From an uncultured virus (IMG/VR IMGVR_UViG_3300021256_000068) (lineage: Duplodnaviria > Heunggongvirae > Uroviricota > Caudoviricetes): a DNA stretch of 64,000 bases. Position 1 is the stretch's first letter. Each line of letters begins with the position of its first letter. This document shows, piece by piece, positions 27,048-38,677 of this stretch. The DNA lies in IMG/VR virus record IMGVR_UViG_3300021256_000068. One strand, given 5' to 3'. Below the pieces are notes generated by a model. It had not been told where the DNA came from and ran no database searches. It was given only the letters and a program-made list of their open reading frames with translations. A program made the translations under genes and the position numbers.

Positions 27048-27536
27048 ATGGATAACGCACAAAGATTTATGCGACATCTTGATATTTATACAGACGGTGC
27101 TTGTTCATCTAAGACAGAGATGGGTGGTTGAGCATTAGTTGTTGTTGAAAATGACAATATTATTTACACACAAAGTGGATATGAACCATATTCAACTAAC
27201 AATAGAATGGAATTGACTGCAATTTTAAACGCATTAAGGATTGCGAATGAAGTTGAATCATCAAGAACTGAAATATCAATCATAACTGATTCCGCTTACT
27301 GTTGCAATGCTTTTTTACAAAAATGGTATGTAAATTGGATGAACAACGGCTGGAAGACAGCAGATAAGAAAGATGTTAAAAATCAAGACCTTTGGGGTGA
27401 AGCAATTAGTTTATATATTAAAAACAAAGATAAACACACTATCACTTTTGAAAAAGTAAAAGGTCACGCAGGTCAACAATATAATGAATATGTTGATAAG
27501 TTAGCAGTAAAGAAAAGAAAAGAGTTGGAGGGATAA
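27048..27536 (+). CDS. rnhA: Ribonuclease HI (TGA=Trp at codon 28)
   Basis: IYTDGAC, GG(W)A, TNNRMELTA, TDSAY, VKNQDLW, VKGHAG, NEYVDKLA. Confidence 0.95.
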
Positions 27537-27537
27537 A

Positions 27538-28134
27538 ATGAGAATATTGGTGTTAGTACCAAATAATTTAACAAACTTAGAATATTGTATGAAAATATGG
27601 GAAAAATTAAGTCCAGAAATTCAACAAAAGAGCTTTTGTATTCCTATGTATATGCAATATTTAGTTGATACAAAACAAGTAAAAGACCAAACAGAAGCGT
27701 TCTTTTATGCAATGCGCGCGGCAGAAATGGTTTATAAAGATATTAAACTTGGCGATACTGGAATTATATTTGGAAATATGAGTAAAGATTATCGTTTTGA
27801 TACAGTTTTTAATTTCCAAAATAATAAATATGCTATGTATAAAGATTATTTTATTGAAGCATTAAATGAAGTAATTAAACCAGATGGCGAAGATGATTCC
27901 GCTTACAAGATATTATCTCAATACACATCAAATTTACATGAAGCGAACGAAAGTACATTGATATTAATGGATATTGACGCCGCTTCTGAGTTCTTAAATA
28001 AATATGCCGCAACGGATGTAGAACAAACATTGAAAGATTTACGAACACAATATTTAGAAAAATTAGATACAATTAAAGCAGAAGGTAAAGCTTCTATGGA
28101 AGCGAAGGTATTAAACAATGGCGGAATTAACTAG
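27538..28134 (+). CDS. Hypothetical protein
   Basis: 198-aa ORF, GGAGG SD. Confidence 0.8.
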   Translation: MRILVLVPNNLTNLEYCMKIWEKLSPEIQQKSFCIPMYMQYLVDTKQVKDQTEAFFYAMRAAEMVYKDIKLGDTGIIFGNMSKDYRFDTVFNFQNNKYAMYKDYFIEALNEVIKPDGEDDSAYKILSQYTSNLHEANESTLILMDIDAASEFLNKYAATDVEQTLKDLRTQYLEKLDTIKAEGKASMEAKVLNNGGIN

Positions 28135-29458
28135 AGTAACCACAAAGAAACCTAATCTAGATATGCTTGATGATACACAAAGACTTGCTGTTGAAAGCGT
28201 AGTAAATGAAAATGAACAAAATGTAGTTATTCAAGCGAACGCAGGTAGTGGCAAAACACTTACGTTGACTATGGCTATTGGTAATTACAGATACGAGTAT
28301 ATCAACGACTCTATTGTAGCAATCACATTTACTCGTGCGGCAAAAGCGGAGATGGAAGATAGATTACATACAATGGGCATTTATGACGTTGATGTTGCTA
28401 CAATTCACGCGTGGGCAAAAACAAGATTAGATAAGTTTGCAAAACAATATAATATTGAATTAGCAATTATACAAGAGCCTGAAATTAAGAAAATTTTAAA
28501 AGAAAAAATAATTCCTGAATATTTAAGAACACATAGAGCAATTAGAACAGTAAATGTTGAAATTCTTTATAGTTTTATTGCAGGAGCAAAGAATATGGAT
28601 GTAAGTGATAATTACAAGAAAACTCTTTTGGCTCTTGAAGAGAGATATAAAGCTTACAAAAAAGAAAATGGTTTATATGATTTTGGAGATTATCCTAAAT
28701 ATTTACTTGATATAATGCTACAATATGATGAATATATTTATGATATTGATGCATTATTTGTAGATGAATTCCAAGATGTAGACCCTGACCAATTTGATGT
28801 ATTTACAAGAGTAGATACAAAAAAGAAGTTTTATATTGGTGATTTAAAACAATCAATCTATCAATTCCGCGGCGCTGATGGCGAGGTTTTTGATAAATTA
28901 GATGACTTTAAACAATATAACTTACAGTATAATTATCGTAGCTATCAAGCAATTATTGATTTTGCTACTGAATTTTATATGAGTAATAGAGCGGCTCTAG
29001 ATATGGGCATAGAAAATACTATTACAGACTTTGTTCCTACTGGACGTAATAATGGTTTGGTTACTTGTGCTAGAGGAGATGGCGGCGAAGTTTATGTAAT
29101 GTATGAACCAAATTGGACTGATGAGTATAATTGTGATAAACATACAGAAAAAGGTAGTTCGACTCTTGAAGGTGTCGCCGCGTTTAAATATTTTATGAGT
29201 TTAAATCCTCAAGTTTTATGTAGAACAAATAAACAAGTTCGTGAGTTATGTGCAAGCGGACTTAATGCTACTACAATACATCAAGCAAAAGGATTGGAAT
29301 ATAAAAATGTATTAATTGTTGACTTTACTGTTGGTACAGAAGAAGACTTAAATATTGCTTATGTAGGATTAACAAGAGCAGAAGATAAATTAATGATTAT
29401 TAGTTATAAAGTTTTATTAGAACTATTACAAACAAGTTATAAAAAATCTTTATTTTAG
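28118..29458 (+). CDS. UvrD/PcrA-like SF1 helicase
   Basis: ANAGSGKT, ITFTRAA, VDEFQD, IGDLKQSIYQFRGA, NYRS, TIHQAKGLE, YVGLTRA. Confidence 0.92.
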   Translation: MAELTRVTTKKPNLDMLDDTQRLAVESVVNENEQNVVIQANAGSGKTLTLTMAIGNYRYEYINDSIVAITFTRAAKAEMEDRLHTMGIYDVDVATIHAWAKTRLDKFAKQYNIELAIIQEPEIKKILKEKIIPEYLRTHRAIRTVNVEILYSFIAGAKNMDVSDNYKKTLLALEERYKAYKKENGLYDFGDYPKYLLDIMLQYDEYIYDIDALFVDEFQDVDPDQFDVFTRVDTKKKFYIGDLKQSIYQFRGADGEVFDKLDDFKQYNLQYNYRSYQAIIDFATEFYMSNRAALDMGIENTITDFVPTGRNNGLVTCARGDGGEVYVMYEPNWTDEYNCDKHTEKGSSTLEGVAAFKYFMSLNPQVLCRTNKQVRELCASGLNATTIHQAKGLEYKNVLIVDFTVGTEEDLNIAYVGLTRAEDKLMIISYKVLLELLQTSYKKSLF

Positions 29459-29468
29459 AGGTGATGAT

Positions 29469-29789
29469 ATGGACTTACAACACGCATATCACGATATAAA
29501 TAAACCTTTGTTGCATTATAAACGAGAAGTGTGATATAATGATAGTAAAGGAATTAACAGATTAAGTGAACTCACTAATATACTTGGATTAAAAAGTTTA
29601 AAAATATGCGGCGAAAAAGATAATGAAAGTGACATTGCTATTATTAAAACTAATAATGCTGGCGATGGATTAATTCTTGAAAATTGTCATCTTGAAGTTG
29701 AAATTTTTGATTATTATGAAAGTATGTTGGTAAAAGATAAGGAAGGCAATAAGACTTCTCTTAAACGAGGTGAGAAGAATGTCATATAG
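29469..29789 (+). CDS. Hypothetical protein (106 aa, 1 TGA)
   Basis: GAGGTG SD; open frame when TGA=Trp. Confidence 0.65.
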
Positions 29790-32718
29790 TAATGATTGGA
29801 GTATAAGTGGAATTACAGGATTAACTGATTTGAAAGATGCATACAAAAGTGGCGGAGTGTCTATTTTACAAAAAGTTGGATGTCCTCGTCTTGAAGATCC
29901 CGCTTTAGTATCAGACAATAGCGTAAAATTATATAATCCTGTTAACAGTCCAGTTAAGACATATAATGATGTACGTTTTTATAGCATACCTAAATATTTA
30001 ATTGGTAATTTAAGTTTTGGTGCTTATGGAGATGTTTCTTTAGATGAGGGAATGACTAGTGGAAATTATACCTATAATACTGAAATAAAATATAAGGATA
30101 ACTATTCATATTCTGCGGCAAAATGATGGAATTTTGATTATATACCAGCTATTTTCTTTGATACTTTAACAAAGTATGATAATTTACTTGATTATGAAAT
30201 AGAACAAAAAAGTCAATCTATAAAAATAAGAATAAAAGAATCTGTTTTTACGAGAAATACTTATGTTATACCTAAAAGTGTATGTAAATCTCTTTATTTA
30301 ATTGAAGAACCAGGGCTAACCTTAAATAGAGTTGATGTAAGATTAAAGACTTTCTCTCTTTTTCATACTGTTAGCTATAACATACAAACAGACCGTAAGT
30401 ATTCTTTTCCATATTTTACTTTATCTTCTGGTTTTCAAACAGTAGATTATACTGCCGGCAGCTCATATTGAAATGGAGAAGGAATTTGAGTTGATATGGA
30501 ACATATTTTTTATACAAATACTACTAATTTATATTTTGAAAAATTATATGGCGTATACATTGATACGGATAAATGGAAAGACAGTCTGTATAGTTTAAAA
30601 GGTACAGGAGTTTATGTAGTAGGCGATAGTGTAAACACTCCAAATTACGAAATGGATGTAGAAGGAAACCCTCAATATTCACACGGTACTGTGCTTTCTC
30701 CTTTTATTGGTCATCTTGGTATTAGTCGTATGTCTAATTCGACCTATTTTGGATACGGAGGTCCAATAGTATGAGATGGTCGTACTGAATATTTGAATTT
30801 AAAACCTTACTCATGGATACATACAAAAATAGCAACAGATGGAGGGTTTAGTATTTATTACGGTGCGCTTGCAACTCACCAGATTTATTTTGTTTGTCCA
30901 AAATATGTTTGATTATTTGCACAACCAGGAAGCTATCCAAATTATTCAGAAGGAAGCAATTTCTTAGTAGAGACAACGTCTAACGTAAATCAATATAAAA
31001 ATGACAACAATGAATGAGTTGACGTTTATCAAGTTGAGAACATCATAAAAAACGCAATAGTCCCTCATGCTTCTTCCGATCCTTCTGCACCTTTAAATGT
31101 TTGTGTTGCATATTATAAACATGGACCTATATCTTATGCTCCAGGAAGTTCTTTTAGTCATACAACAAAATCTGAGAGTGTTAAATATGTAAAGATTACA
31201 AGCTATCCTACAGGAAGCAATATCAATTTGCCGTTTCCGTATAGATATGTAAATTCTAATGTTAATACAGTATCAAATTCAGATTTTATTACTGGTGATA
31301 CTTCACTTAGATTTAGTAATGGAAATAAATATCTATATTGGTTTGGAAATAGATTTTGGCAAGAAGATTACACTCCTAATCCTAATAATCCTACTATAAT
31401 ATATGGGAAGAATGTACTGCATGGTATAGTAATAAATGCAAGTGCAAATTCAGGAGAAAGATATTTGGGTGTTATAGATGGATATGATCCTCATAGTGGT
31501 TTTGTTGATGCGTGTGCAATAGATGTTGGATTGAATTTAGCAAGTTCTTCAAGTGCTAAATTAAGACGAGCCGTTGTGGGTTTTATGACTGAACCAGTTT
31601 GATTTGAATATATCGGTAGTACAAAACAGTATGCTTTACGCACTGGCTATAGAAATACAGTAGCTGAATATCCTATCAAAATACGTCTAACATTATATAC
31701 ACCACAAAAAGCGTATGTATTAACGGTTAGTTTTGATACTGGTAGTCATACATATACTCAAGATGATAATGGTCAAGCAATTGATGGTTATTTTTATGTA
31801 AACAGTGAACGTTTAACATATTTTATAGATGGAACTGAACAAGGTTTTGAAACTGGATATGCTAGTTTGACAGATATGCCTGAGCCACAAAGAATTGTAT
31901 ATGTAGATAAATTCAGCGGATATAGCGGAACATTAACAAGTGCTACCGCAACTTTAGATGGCCAGATTTATACAAGCTCAGTAATAGAAAATGGAAAAAT
32001 TAAATTTACTTTACCAAATGATGGATATTTTACTGTTACGTCAATAACAACATCTGATGATTATGTATTACTTGAAAGCAATACAATATCTGTTACTTAT
32101 GGAACTCAGACTTGCTATATTAGAACTACTTCATACTCTTGGAGTAGTGTTGGTAGTATAACTGTTCGTTCTACAGGTGGTAGTAGCACTGATACAGTAT
32201 ATTATGAAATTCAAAGTACTCCTCCTGGTTTTGTTGTGTCTTGAAGCGGATATTATTCAGATAATGGCGGAACAATACATAATATTTCTAGTAGTGTTCC
32301 TAGCAGTGCTAATGAAATCACTATATTGTCTCCTACAGCCGAAGATGACGATGTTAATTATATTTATATTACTTTAACTAATTATCAAGGTGAAACTCAA
32401 GTAAGAACATATGGAACTGTCCCAGCCACACCGACATTTAAGCAACAAACTGTTGGTGGCGGTGCACGTCTTCAAGCCGGCTGGTATCCAGGTGGTCGTG
32501 GAGGAACATTCTATGGAAGAATGTCAATTACAGCTTCTATAGACGGCGTTGAAAATACAAGAACTGACGATACAGTTCAGACTTTCTCAAGCTGACATTA
32601 TTTCTCATATCCAATTATGACACCTACTAGTGAAAGAATTGTTGAAATCATTTCAAGTAGACTTGAATGAGGATTAAGTGCAGATAATCTAGATCGAGTA
32701 AGTGAATGACATGAATAA
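29779..32718 (+). CDS. 979-aa Ser/Thr/Tyr/Gly-rich putative virion or receptor-binding protein (11 in-frame TGA)
   Basis: Five track fragments share one frame with no TAA/TAG until 32716; followed by a terminator. Confidence 0.8.
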
Positions 32719-32720
32719 TT

Positions 32721-32750
32721 AAAAGACCTATTCTTAGGTCTTTTCTTTTC
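32721..32750 (+). terminator. Intrinsic terminator
   Basis: AAAAGACCTA/TAGGTCTTTT. Confidence 0.7.
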
Positions 32751-32772
32751 GCTAAAAATTCCATAAAAATAT

Positions 32773-32801
32773 TTGACAAACACTAAATTTTATTCTATAA
32801 T
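32773..32801 (+). promoter_or_regulatory. Sigma-A-type promoter
   Basis: TTGACA-17 nt-TATAAT. Confidence 0.85.
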
Positions 32802-32842
32802 AATAATAGAATGAAATATAGGAAGAAAGAAGGAAATAGAAA

Positions 32843-33025
32843 ATGTTTATAGAATTTCACGACCCTAATCCAATAGTAATCAATGTAGATAATATACAAG
32901 GTTTTTGGTATGACGAAAATTATGAACGTACTTGTATTGCAATGATAAATGATTATGAGTTTAAAGTTACAGAAAGTTATCAAGAAGTAATAGATAAAAT
33001 TACAAAAGCATTAAGTTATGAATAA
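32843..33025 (+). CDS. Small FlbD-like hypothetical protein
   Basis: MFIEF...IVINVDNI...VTESYQEV pattern. Confidence 0.6.
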   Translation: MFIEFHDPNPIVINVDNIQGFWYDENYERTCIAMINDYEFKVTESYQEVIDKITKALSYE

Positions 33026-33039
33026 GAAAGGAAATAACA

Positions 33040-34182
33040 ATGAGAACAATAGAAGATTTTGCAATGCTTGAACCTATGCGTTATTATGATAATCCAGAGC
33101 CAACTACACCATCAGCAATACAAAAACGTCAAGATATGATAGATAATAAAGATAATAAATATATTGCTACTGAGAAACACGATGGTGATTGGGGAATGTT
33201 TATTCATTACTCAAAAGGCAATAATTTAATTCGTAGTCGTAGTATTAGTAAGGTTACAGGTAAATATGGAGATTTAACTGCTAAACTACCACATCTTGCG
33301 GCAGAAATGGACGAATGGCCTGATAATAGCGTTGTGTTAGCGGAAATTTGTTGGGAACAATACGGAACTAATGCTAATACAGTAGGAACAATATTAAGAT
33401 GTTTGCCACCAAAGGCAGTAGAAAGACAAAAAGAAAATAAATTATATGGTTTGGTTTTTGATATACTTATGTGGGATAATAATGATTTAACTTCAACGCC
33501 TTATTATGACCGCACTAATATATTCTGCACTGAATTTAATAGTGAACGAGGATATAATGCCCATTACTTTAAACCAACAGATGTTTTCTTTGATAACTTC
33601 GCCGAAGAGGCAGACAGAATTATTTCCGCAGGTGGAGAAGGATTAGTTATACAATTAAAGAATAATCAATATGCGCCAGGCACTAGAACTGCTTGGAATA
33701 CATTAAAAATGAAGCAAAGTTTGCCGCATATGGAATTAAAAGTAGTATCAACAATAGAGCCAAACAAATTATATGATGGTATGATGCCAGAAAGTTGGAG
33801 ATATTTTGAAGTTCGCGATGAAAATGGTATTCATAAATATGACAAGAACTTTACCGACGCACAAGGAGATTTTGAAAATCCAGATTGGGAAGGAGTAGGT
33901 ATTCACGAAACTCAGTATGAACCTCTTCCTAATGCTGTTTTTACTCCTGTCACTAAACCTTATTATATGGGTTGGAAAAATGGCGTCAATGTTGATTTTA
34001 ATGGTGTAACTGTTTCTGTCACTTCTGGTTTAACAGATGAGGATAGAGAATGGCTCGCAACAGAGCAAGCGGCGCAAATGATTGCTAATGGAGAACTTTT
34101 TGCCGAGATTAAGGCAATGAGTGTTAATAGTCAAAATAGTTTAAGACATCCTTGTTTAGTGCGTTTAAGAAATGATATGTAA
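33040..34182 (+). CDS. ATP-dependent DNA ligase
   Basis: TEKHDG motif I, VFDIL, EGLVI, LKMK, SLRHP. Confidence 0.88.
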   Translation: MRTIEDFAMLEPMRYYDNPEPTTPSAIQKRQDMIDNKDNKYIATEKHDGDWGMFIHYSKGNNLIRSRSISKVTGKYGDLTAKLPHLAAEMDEWPDNSVVLAEICWEQYGTNANTVGTILRCLPPKAVERQKENKLYGLVFDILMWDNNDLTSTPYYDRTNIFCTEFNSERGYNAHYFKPTDVFFDNFAEEADRIISAGGEGLVIQLKNNQYAPGTRTAWNTLKMKQSLPHMELKVVSTIEPNKLYDGMMPESWRYFEVRDENGIHKYDKNFTDAQGDFENPDWEGVGIHETQYEPLPNAVFTPVTKPYYMGWKNGVNVDFNGVTVSVTSGLTDEDREWLATEQAAQMIANGELFAEIKAMSVNSQNSLRHPCLVRLRNDM

Positions 34183-34260
34183 TCACTTTAAAATTTGCTT
34201 TATCTTCAAAACTCTACTATAATATATTTAAAGCTGGTGAAGTTTTGGAGTTGATGAAGT

Positions 34261-34464
34261 ATGATTTTTCAAGGCGATTTTGAAACTCTAATGCAGTTAG
34301 GTTATCATACAGATGTTTATTGTACATATTTCTTCAAAACAGTAACACGCTGAGGAGGTATTTTTATAGATGTTAGAACTCGTGAAATTACAACCGAAGG
34401 AGTTAGTATAGATGACCTTACTGTAAGACAAGAGTTAGAAAAGATAAAAGAATATATAGATTAG
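34261..34464 (+). CDS. Hypothetical protein (67 aa, 1 TGA)
   Basis: GGAG SD; open frame with TGA=Trp. Confidence 0.5.
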
Positions 34465-34481
34465 AAAGGAATAGAATATAA

Positions 34482-34694
34482 ATGGATAGTAATAGTAGCG
34501 GTGGCATTACCTTATCTGGAATTGGTTTTATTGTATGGCTGGTATTCTTTATATTAAAATGCTGTGACGTTTTATCTCCATCTTTTAGTTGGTTCTGGGT
34601 TTGGTTTCCATTATGGATTATACCAGCAATTAATTTAGCACTTTTAATTGTATTTGGTATTATATATTTTTTTACACATTTAGATGAAATGTAG
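34482..34694 (+). CDS. Small membrane protein
   Basis: VFFILK...SWFWVWFPLWI phage TM-protein pattern. Confidence 0.75.
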   Translation: MDSNSSGGITLSGIGFIVWLVFFILKCCDVLSPSFSWFWVWFPLWIIPAINLALLIVFGIIYFFTHLDEM

Positions 34695-34709
34695 AAAGGA
34701 AAAGAAGAA

Positions 34710-35297
34710 ATGAAAGATAATGATGTAGTAAATCACCCATCTCATTACACAGATGGTAAAATTGAAGTAATTGATTTTATTGAAGATAAAGGATTAGGTT
34801 TTTGCTTAGGAAATGCAGTTAAATACATTTCAAGAGCAGGTAAGAAATATCCTGATAAAGAAATCGAAGATTTAGAAAAGGCAATTTGGTATATCAAGCG
34901 CCGCATTAAAGAGTTAAAAAGTGGTGAGTCAGAAAAGATTAATGAACGTCTTGAGGAAATGATTGAAAAAGAAGGATTAAATAAAGATTTAACACCTACA
35001 TGTCCTGAAGTTAAAGTAGTACCACCAGACAATTCAAAAGGAATTACCGATATGGCTGATACAGCACCTAGAGGTCTTCGTGCTAAAACTAATGTTTATG
35101 ATGAAGTAATTCCAACAGCGACAAAGGTTTTATCAAAAGAAGAAGAAAAAGAAATTTGGAATTCTTTATATAACCTTCTGCATAGTGTAGATCCAAATTA
35201 CACTCGTGAACAATTTGACAAAGATTTAGATGAGGCAAAACAAACAGTTAAAAAAGAAATGCCAACTTTAATGGATTTTTCAAAACTTTATAAATAA
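34710..35297 (+). CDS. DUF3310-domain protein
   Basis: VNHPSHY, IEVIDFI, GNAVKYISRAGKK, EDLEKAIWY. Confidence 0.85.
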   Translation: MKDNDVVNHPSHYTDGKIEVIDFIEDKGLGFCLGNAVKYISRAGKKYPDKEIEDLEKAIWYIKRRIKELKSGESEKINERLEEMIEKEGLNKDLTPTCPEVKVVPPDNSKGITDMADTAPRGLRAKTNVYDEVIPTATKVLSKEEEKEIWNSLYNLLHSVDPNYTREQFDKDLDEAKQTVKKEMPTLMDFSKLYK

Positions 35298-35393
35298 TTC
35301 GAATTTTAACGGCTTCGTGCCGTTTTTGAATCTGAGCAATGAATGTACAAACCATTCTAGTACATTTATCTCATAATGGAAGGTGATTAAAGG

Positions 35394-37916
35394 ATGGGAC
35401 AACAAATTAAAATTAAAAAAATTAGAAAAAGAAATGGCACTGAACAAGCATTTGATATTAATAAGGTAAAAAATGCTATAAAGAAAGCCAATGAATCTGT
35501 TGAAGAACAATACAGATTAAATGAGCCTACTTTTAACAGTGTCATTAATACGTTAATAGGAATATTAAATAGATATTCCGTAATTGACGTAGAAACAGTA
35601 CAAGACTTTGTTGAAAAAACACTTATGAAATATAATTGTTATGAAGTAGCAAAATCTTATGTACTTTATCGAGAAGAAAGAAAGAAAAGCAAACTCTTAA
35701 ATGATGATGAGGAAAAAATTGTATCTATTTGTAATACAATAAATGAAGACGTAAGCGGCGATAATGCAAACAAAAGACCTACACAAAATAACACTATGCG
35801 TGATTATATTGCTGGTGTAGAATGTAAGTCAATCGCACGTAAAATATTACCAAAAAGCATTATTCAAGCGCACGATTCAGGTTTAATTCATTACCACGAT
35901 ATGGATTATGCTCCAGTGCAACCAATGAGTAATTGTTGTTTAGTAAACACATTTGATATGATAACAAATGGATTTCAAATGGGTGATGCAAAGATAGAGC
36001 CACCTCATACTTTCTCAACAGGAGAAAATTTAATGGCACAAACTGCATTACACATTAGTAGCACTCAATATGGCGGACAAACTCACTCTGTTGCCGCATT
36101 AGCTCACTTAGTTGAAAGAACAAGACAAAAGGCAAGACAAAAATATCAAGGATATACAAGTTTATCTGAAGAAGATAGACAATTATTGGTAGAACAAGAT
36201 GTATATGAAGATATTAAAAAAGGCGTTCAAACTTTCCAATATCAAGTAATTACAATGAGTTCTGCAAATGGTCAAACTCCTTTTATCTCTCTTGTTCTAA
36301 ATTTGGCTGAAGCAATGACAGTAGAAGAGAGAAGAGATTTAGCCGCAATTATTGAAGAAGTATTAACTCAAAGAAAACAAGGTATTAAAAATAATCGAGG
36401 AAAATGGATTGGACCTTTATTCCCAAAATTATTATATTTTATGTGTGATGGTTTAAATGTTAAACCAACTGACCCTTATTACTATTTGACTGAACTTGCG
36501 GCAGAATGTGAAGTAACTCGTATGCAACCAGATGTTGTTAGTGAAAAGAAGAGTCGTGAAGCTAAAGATGGATTAATGATACCAAGTATGGGTTGCCGCA
36601 GTTTCTTAACTCCATATTGGACAACAAAGAAATATTATCAAAATCGTAATACTCCAGGTTGTGTCGGAGCTGATATAGATAGCATTAAGAGATTTGGTTT
36701 AAATGTAGAGTTTTTAGATAAACCAAATGATAAAACTCTTTGTAAAAGTTTAAAACCTTTAAGCTTAGAAGAAATATTGAAAGGCATTTTAGATAAATAT
36801 CCAAACTTACCAATAGAAGAAGAAAATAATGTAAAAGTTATTCATCTGCCTGAGCATTTGGTAATTTATAATTATCTAGGAAACACAGGTTGGATTGACA
36901 CTATTATTTGGGACAATTTTATCATTACAGTAAAATGTCGTGAGCCAAAAACTTATGGACGTTGGAATCAAGGTGTTGTTACAATTAATTTGCCTTGGAT
37001 TGCGTTAGAGTCAATAGAAAAAGGAGAAGATTTCTTTACTTTATTAGGCGAACGTTCTGAATTAGTAAGAGAAGCTTTAAGAACAAGACACCAAAGATGC
37101 CGCGAAATTCGTGCAGAAAATGCGCCTGTCTTATGGATGTACGGAGCTTTATCTCGTTTACAACCAAAAGATGATTTAAGTAGTATGTTAGATGATGTAA
37201 ATTACACAACTATTTCTTATGGTTATGTAGGATTATATGAAACTTGTATGGCTTTAATAGGAAAATCAAATACTACTGAAGAAGGACAAAAATTATCAAT
37301 CAAAATATTAAACTTTATTAATGATTTATTAGCTAAATGGAAAGAGGAAGATGGTATTCCTTACTCTATTTATGGAACTCCTGAAGAACAAACTACTGAA
37401 AAGTTCGCAAAAGCATTAAAGAAAAGATTTGTTGAAATGGGAGAAGTAAAAGGCGTAACTGACCACGATTACGTAACAAACAGCTATCACGTAAATCCTG
37501 CCGAAAAAATTAATGCTTTTGATAAATTACGTATCGAAGGTAAATTCTTACAATTAAGTAAAGGCGGCGCTGTTAGTTATGTTGAATGTTCTAGTGAATT
37601 AGATAGAAACATACCAGCAATTACAACATTATTTGAATATATGTATAATAATATTCTTTATAGTGAATTGAATTTTACTAATGAAGATTATTGTGATAAC
37701 TGTGGTTATCAAGGAGAGTTAATATTAGATAATACATTAAATGGAAAATTCTTATTCCGTTGTCCAAAATGTGGTTGTCACGATGCTACTAAACTACACG
37801 CAACCCGTAGATTGTGTGGATATTTAGGTGAAGTTGCAAATGGTATCGGTCCAGACAGTCCTAATGCAAATCAAGGACGTTTAGCTGATATTTTTGCAAG
37901 AGTAAAACATATTTAG
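35394..37916 (+). CDS. nrdD: Anaerobic (class III) ribonucleoside-triphosphate reductase with ATP cone
   Basis: IRKRNG ATP cone, HYHD, NCCL, GCRSFL, YVTNSYHV, CDNC/CPKC, RRLCGYLG. Confidence 0.95.
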   Translation: MGQQIKIKKIRKRNGTEQAFDINKVKNAIKKANESVEEQYRLNEPTFNSVINTLIGILNRYSVIDVETVQDFVEKTLMKYNCYEVAKSYVLYREERKKSKLLNDDEEKIVSICNTINEDVSGDNANKRPTQNNTMRDYIAGVECKSIARKILPKSIIQAHDSGLIHYHDMDYAPVQPMSNCCLVNTFDMITNGFQMGDAKIEPPHTFSTGENLMAQTALHISSTQYGGQTHSVAALAHLVERTRQKARQKYQGYTSLSEEDRQLLVEQDVYEDIKKGVQTFQYQVITMSSANGQTPFISLVLNLAEAMTVEERRDLAAIIEEVLTQRKQGIKNNRGKWIGPLFPKLLYFMCDGLNVKPTDPYYYLTELAAECEVTRMQPDVVSEKKSREAKDGLMIPSMGCRSFLTPYWTTKKYYQNRNTPGCVGADIDSIKRFGLNVEFLDKPNDKTLCKSLKPLSLEEILKGILDKYPNLPIEEENNVKVIHLPEHLVIYNYLGNTGWIDTIIWDNFIITVKCREPKTYGRWNQGVVTINLPWIALESIEKGEDFFTLLGERSELVREALRTRHQRCREIRAENAPVLWMYGALSRLQPKDDLSSMLDDVNYTTISYGYVGLYETCMALIGKSNTTEEGQKLSIKILNFINDLLAKWKEEDGIPYSIYGTPEEQTTEKFAKALKKRFVEMGEVKGVTDHDYVTNSYHVNPAEKINAFDKLRIEGKFLQLSKGGAVSYVECSSELDRNIPAITTLFEYMYNNILYSELNFTNEDYCDNCGYQGELILDNTLNGKFLFRCPKCGCHDATKLHATRRLCGYLGEVANGIGPDSPNANQGRLADIFARVKHI

Positions 37917-37932
37917 TAATGGAGGTATAGTT

Positions 37933-38433
37933 ATGAATTATATTAAAGTTACTGAATGTGATATAATGAACGGTATTGGCGTCGGTGTCGTATTATGGGT
38001 TAGCGGATGTAGATGTCACTGTGAAGGTTGTTATAATCAAGAGTCTTGAGATTTTTGTGCAGGGCAACCTTTCACAAAAGAAACCGAAGAATATATAATT
38101 AATTTATTAAAAGAAAAGCCTTATTATACAAGAATAACTCTTTCTGGTGGACATCCATTTGAGCCAGAAAATCAACAAGCTTGTGAAGAATTGTGCGGCA
38201 AAATTAAACAAGAATGCCCTAACGTAAAAATTTGGGCTTACAGTGGTTTTTATTGGGATAAAATTAAAAATAGTCCAATAATGAAATATGTCGATATCTT
38301 AGTCGATGGGCCATTTGTTGCCGCGCTATATGACGCAAACTTAAAATGGCGTGGAAGTTCTAATCAATCTGTTATTGATGTTCAAAAGACTATAAAACAA
38401 AATGAAATCGTGATTGCGGAGGAGTTAATATAA
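37933..38433 (+). CDS. nrdG: Class III RNR activating radical-SAM enzyme (TGA=Trp at codon 39)
   Basis: [12 protein letters not shown](W)[24 protein letters not shown]. Confidence 0.93.
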
Positions 38434-38666
38434 TGAGTCAAAGAGTAGATAATTTAGTAAATATGTTAGATGGATATGTTAGTGATGGTGGTTTTCATCT
38501 TAATGTAAATGTATTTAATAGAGACACTTTATTAGATGCACAAGCGCATCCTGAGAAATATCCTCAATTAACAATAAGAGTTAGTGGTTATGCTGTAAAT
38601 TTCATAAAATTAACAAAAGAACAACAAGATGATGTGATAAGTAGAACCATTCACGAGTCTATGTAG
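38433..38666 (+). CDS. Stand-alone PFL glycyl-radical domain (GrcA-like)
   Basis: [34 protein letters not shown]. Confidence 0.92.
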   Translation: MSQRVDNLVNMLDGYVSDGGFHLNVNVFNRDTLLDAQAHPEKYPQLTIRVSGYAVNFIKLTKEQQDDVISRTIHESM

Positions 38667-38677
38667 GAGGTATTCTT

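Noticed and set aside
36621..36945. Intein in nrdD
   Set aside because: No HN-C/S/T C-terminal splice junction and no homing-endonuclease motifs seen
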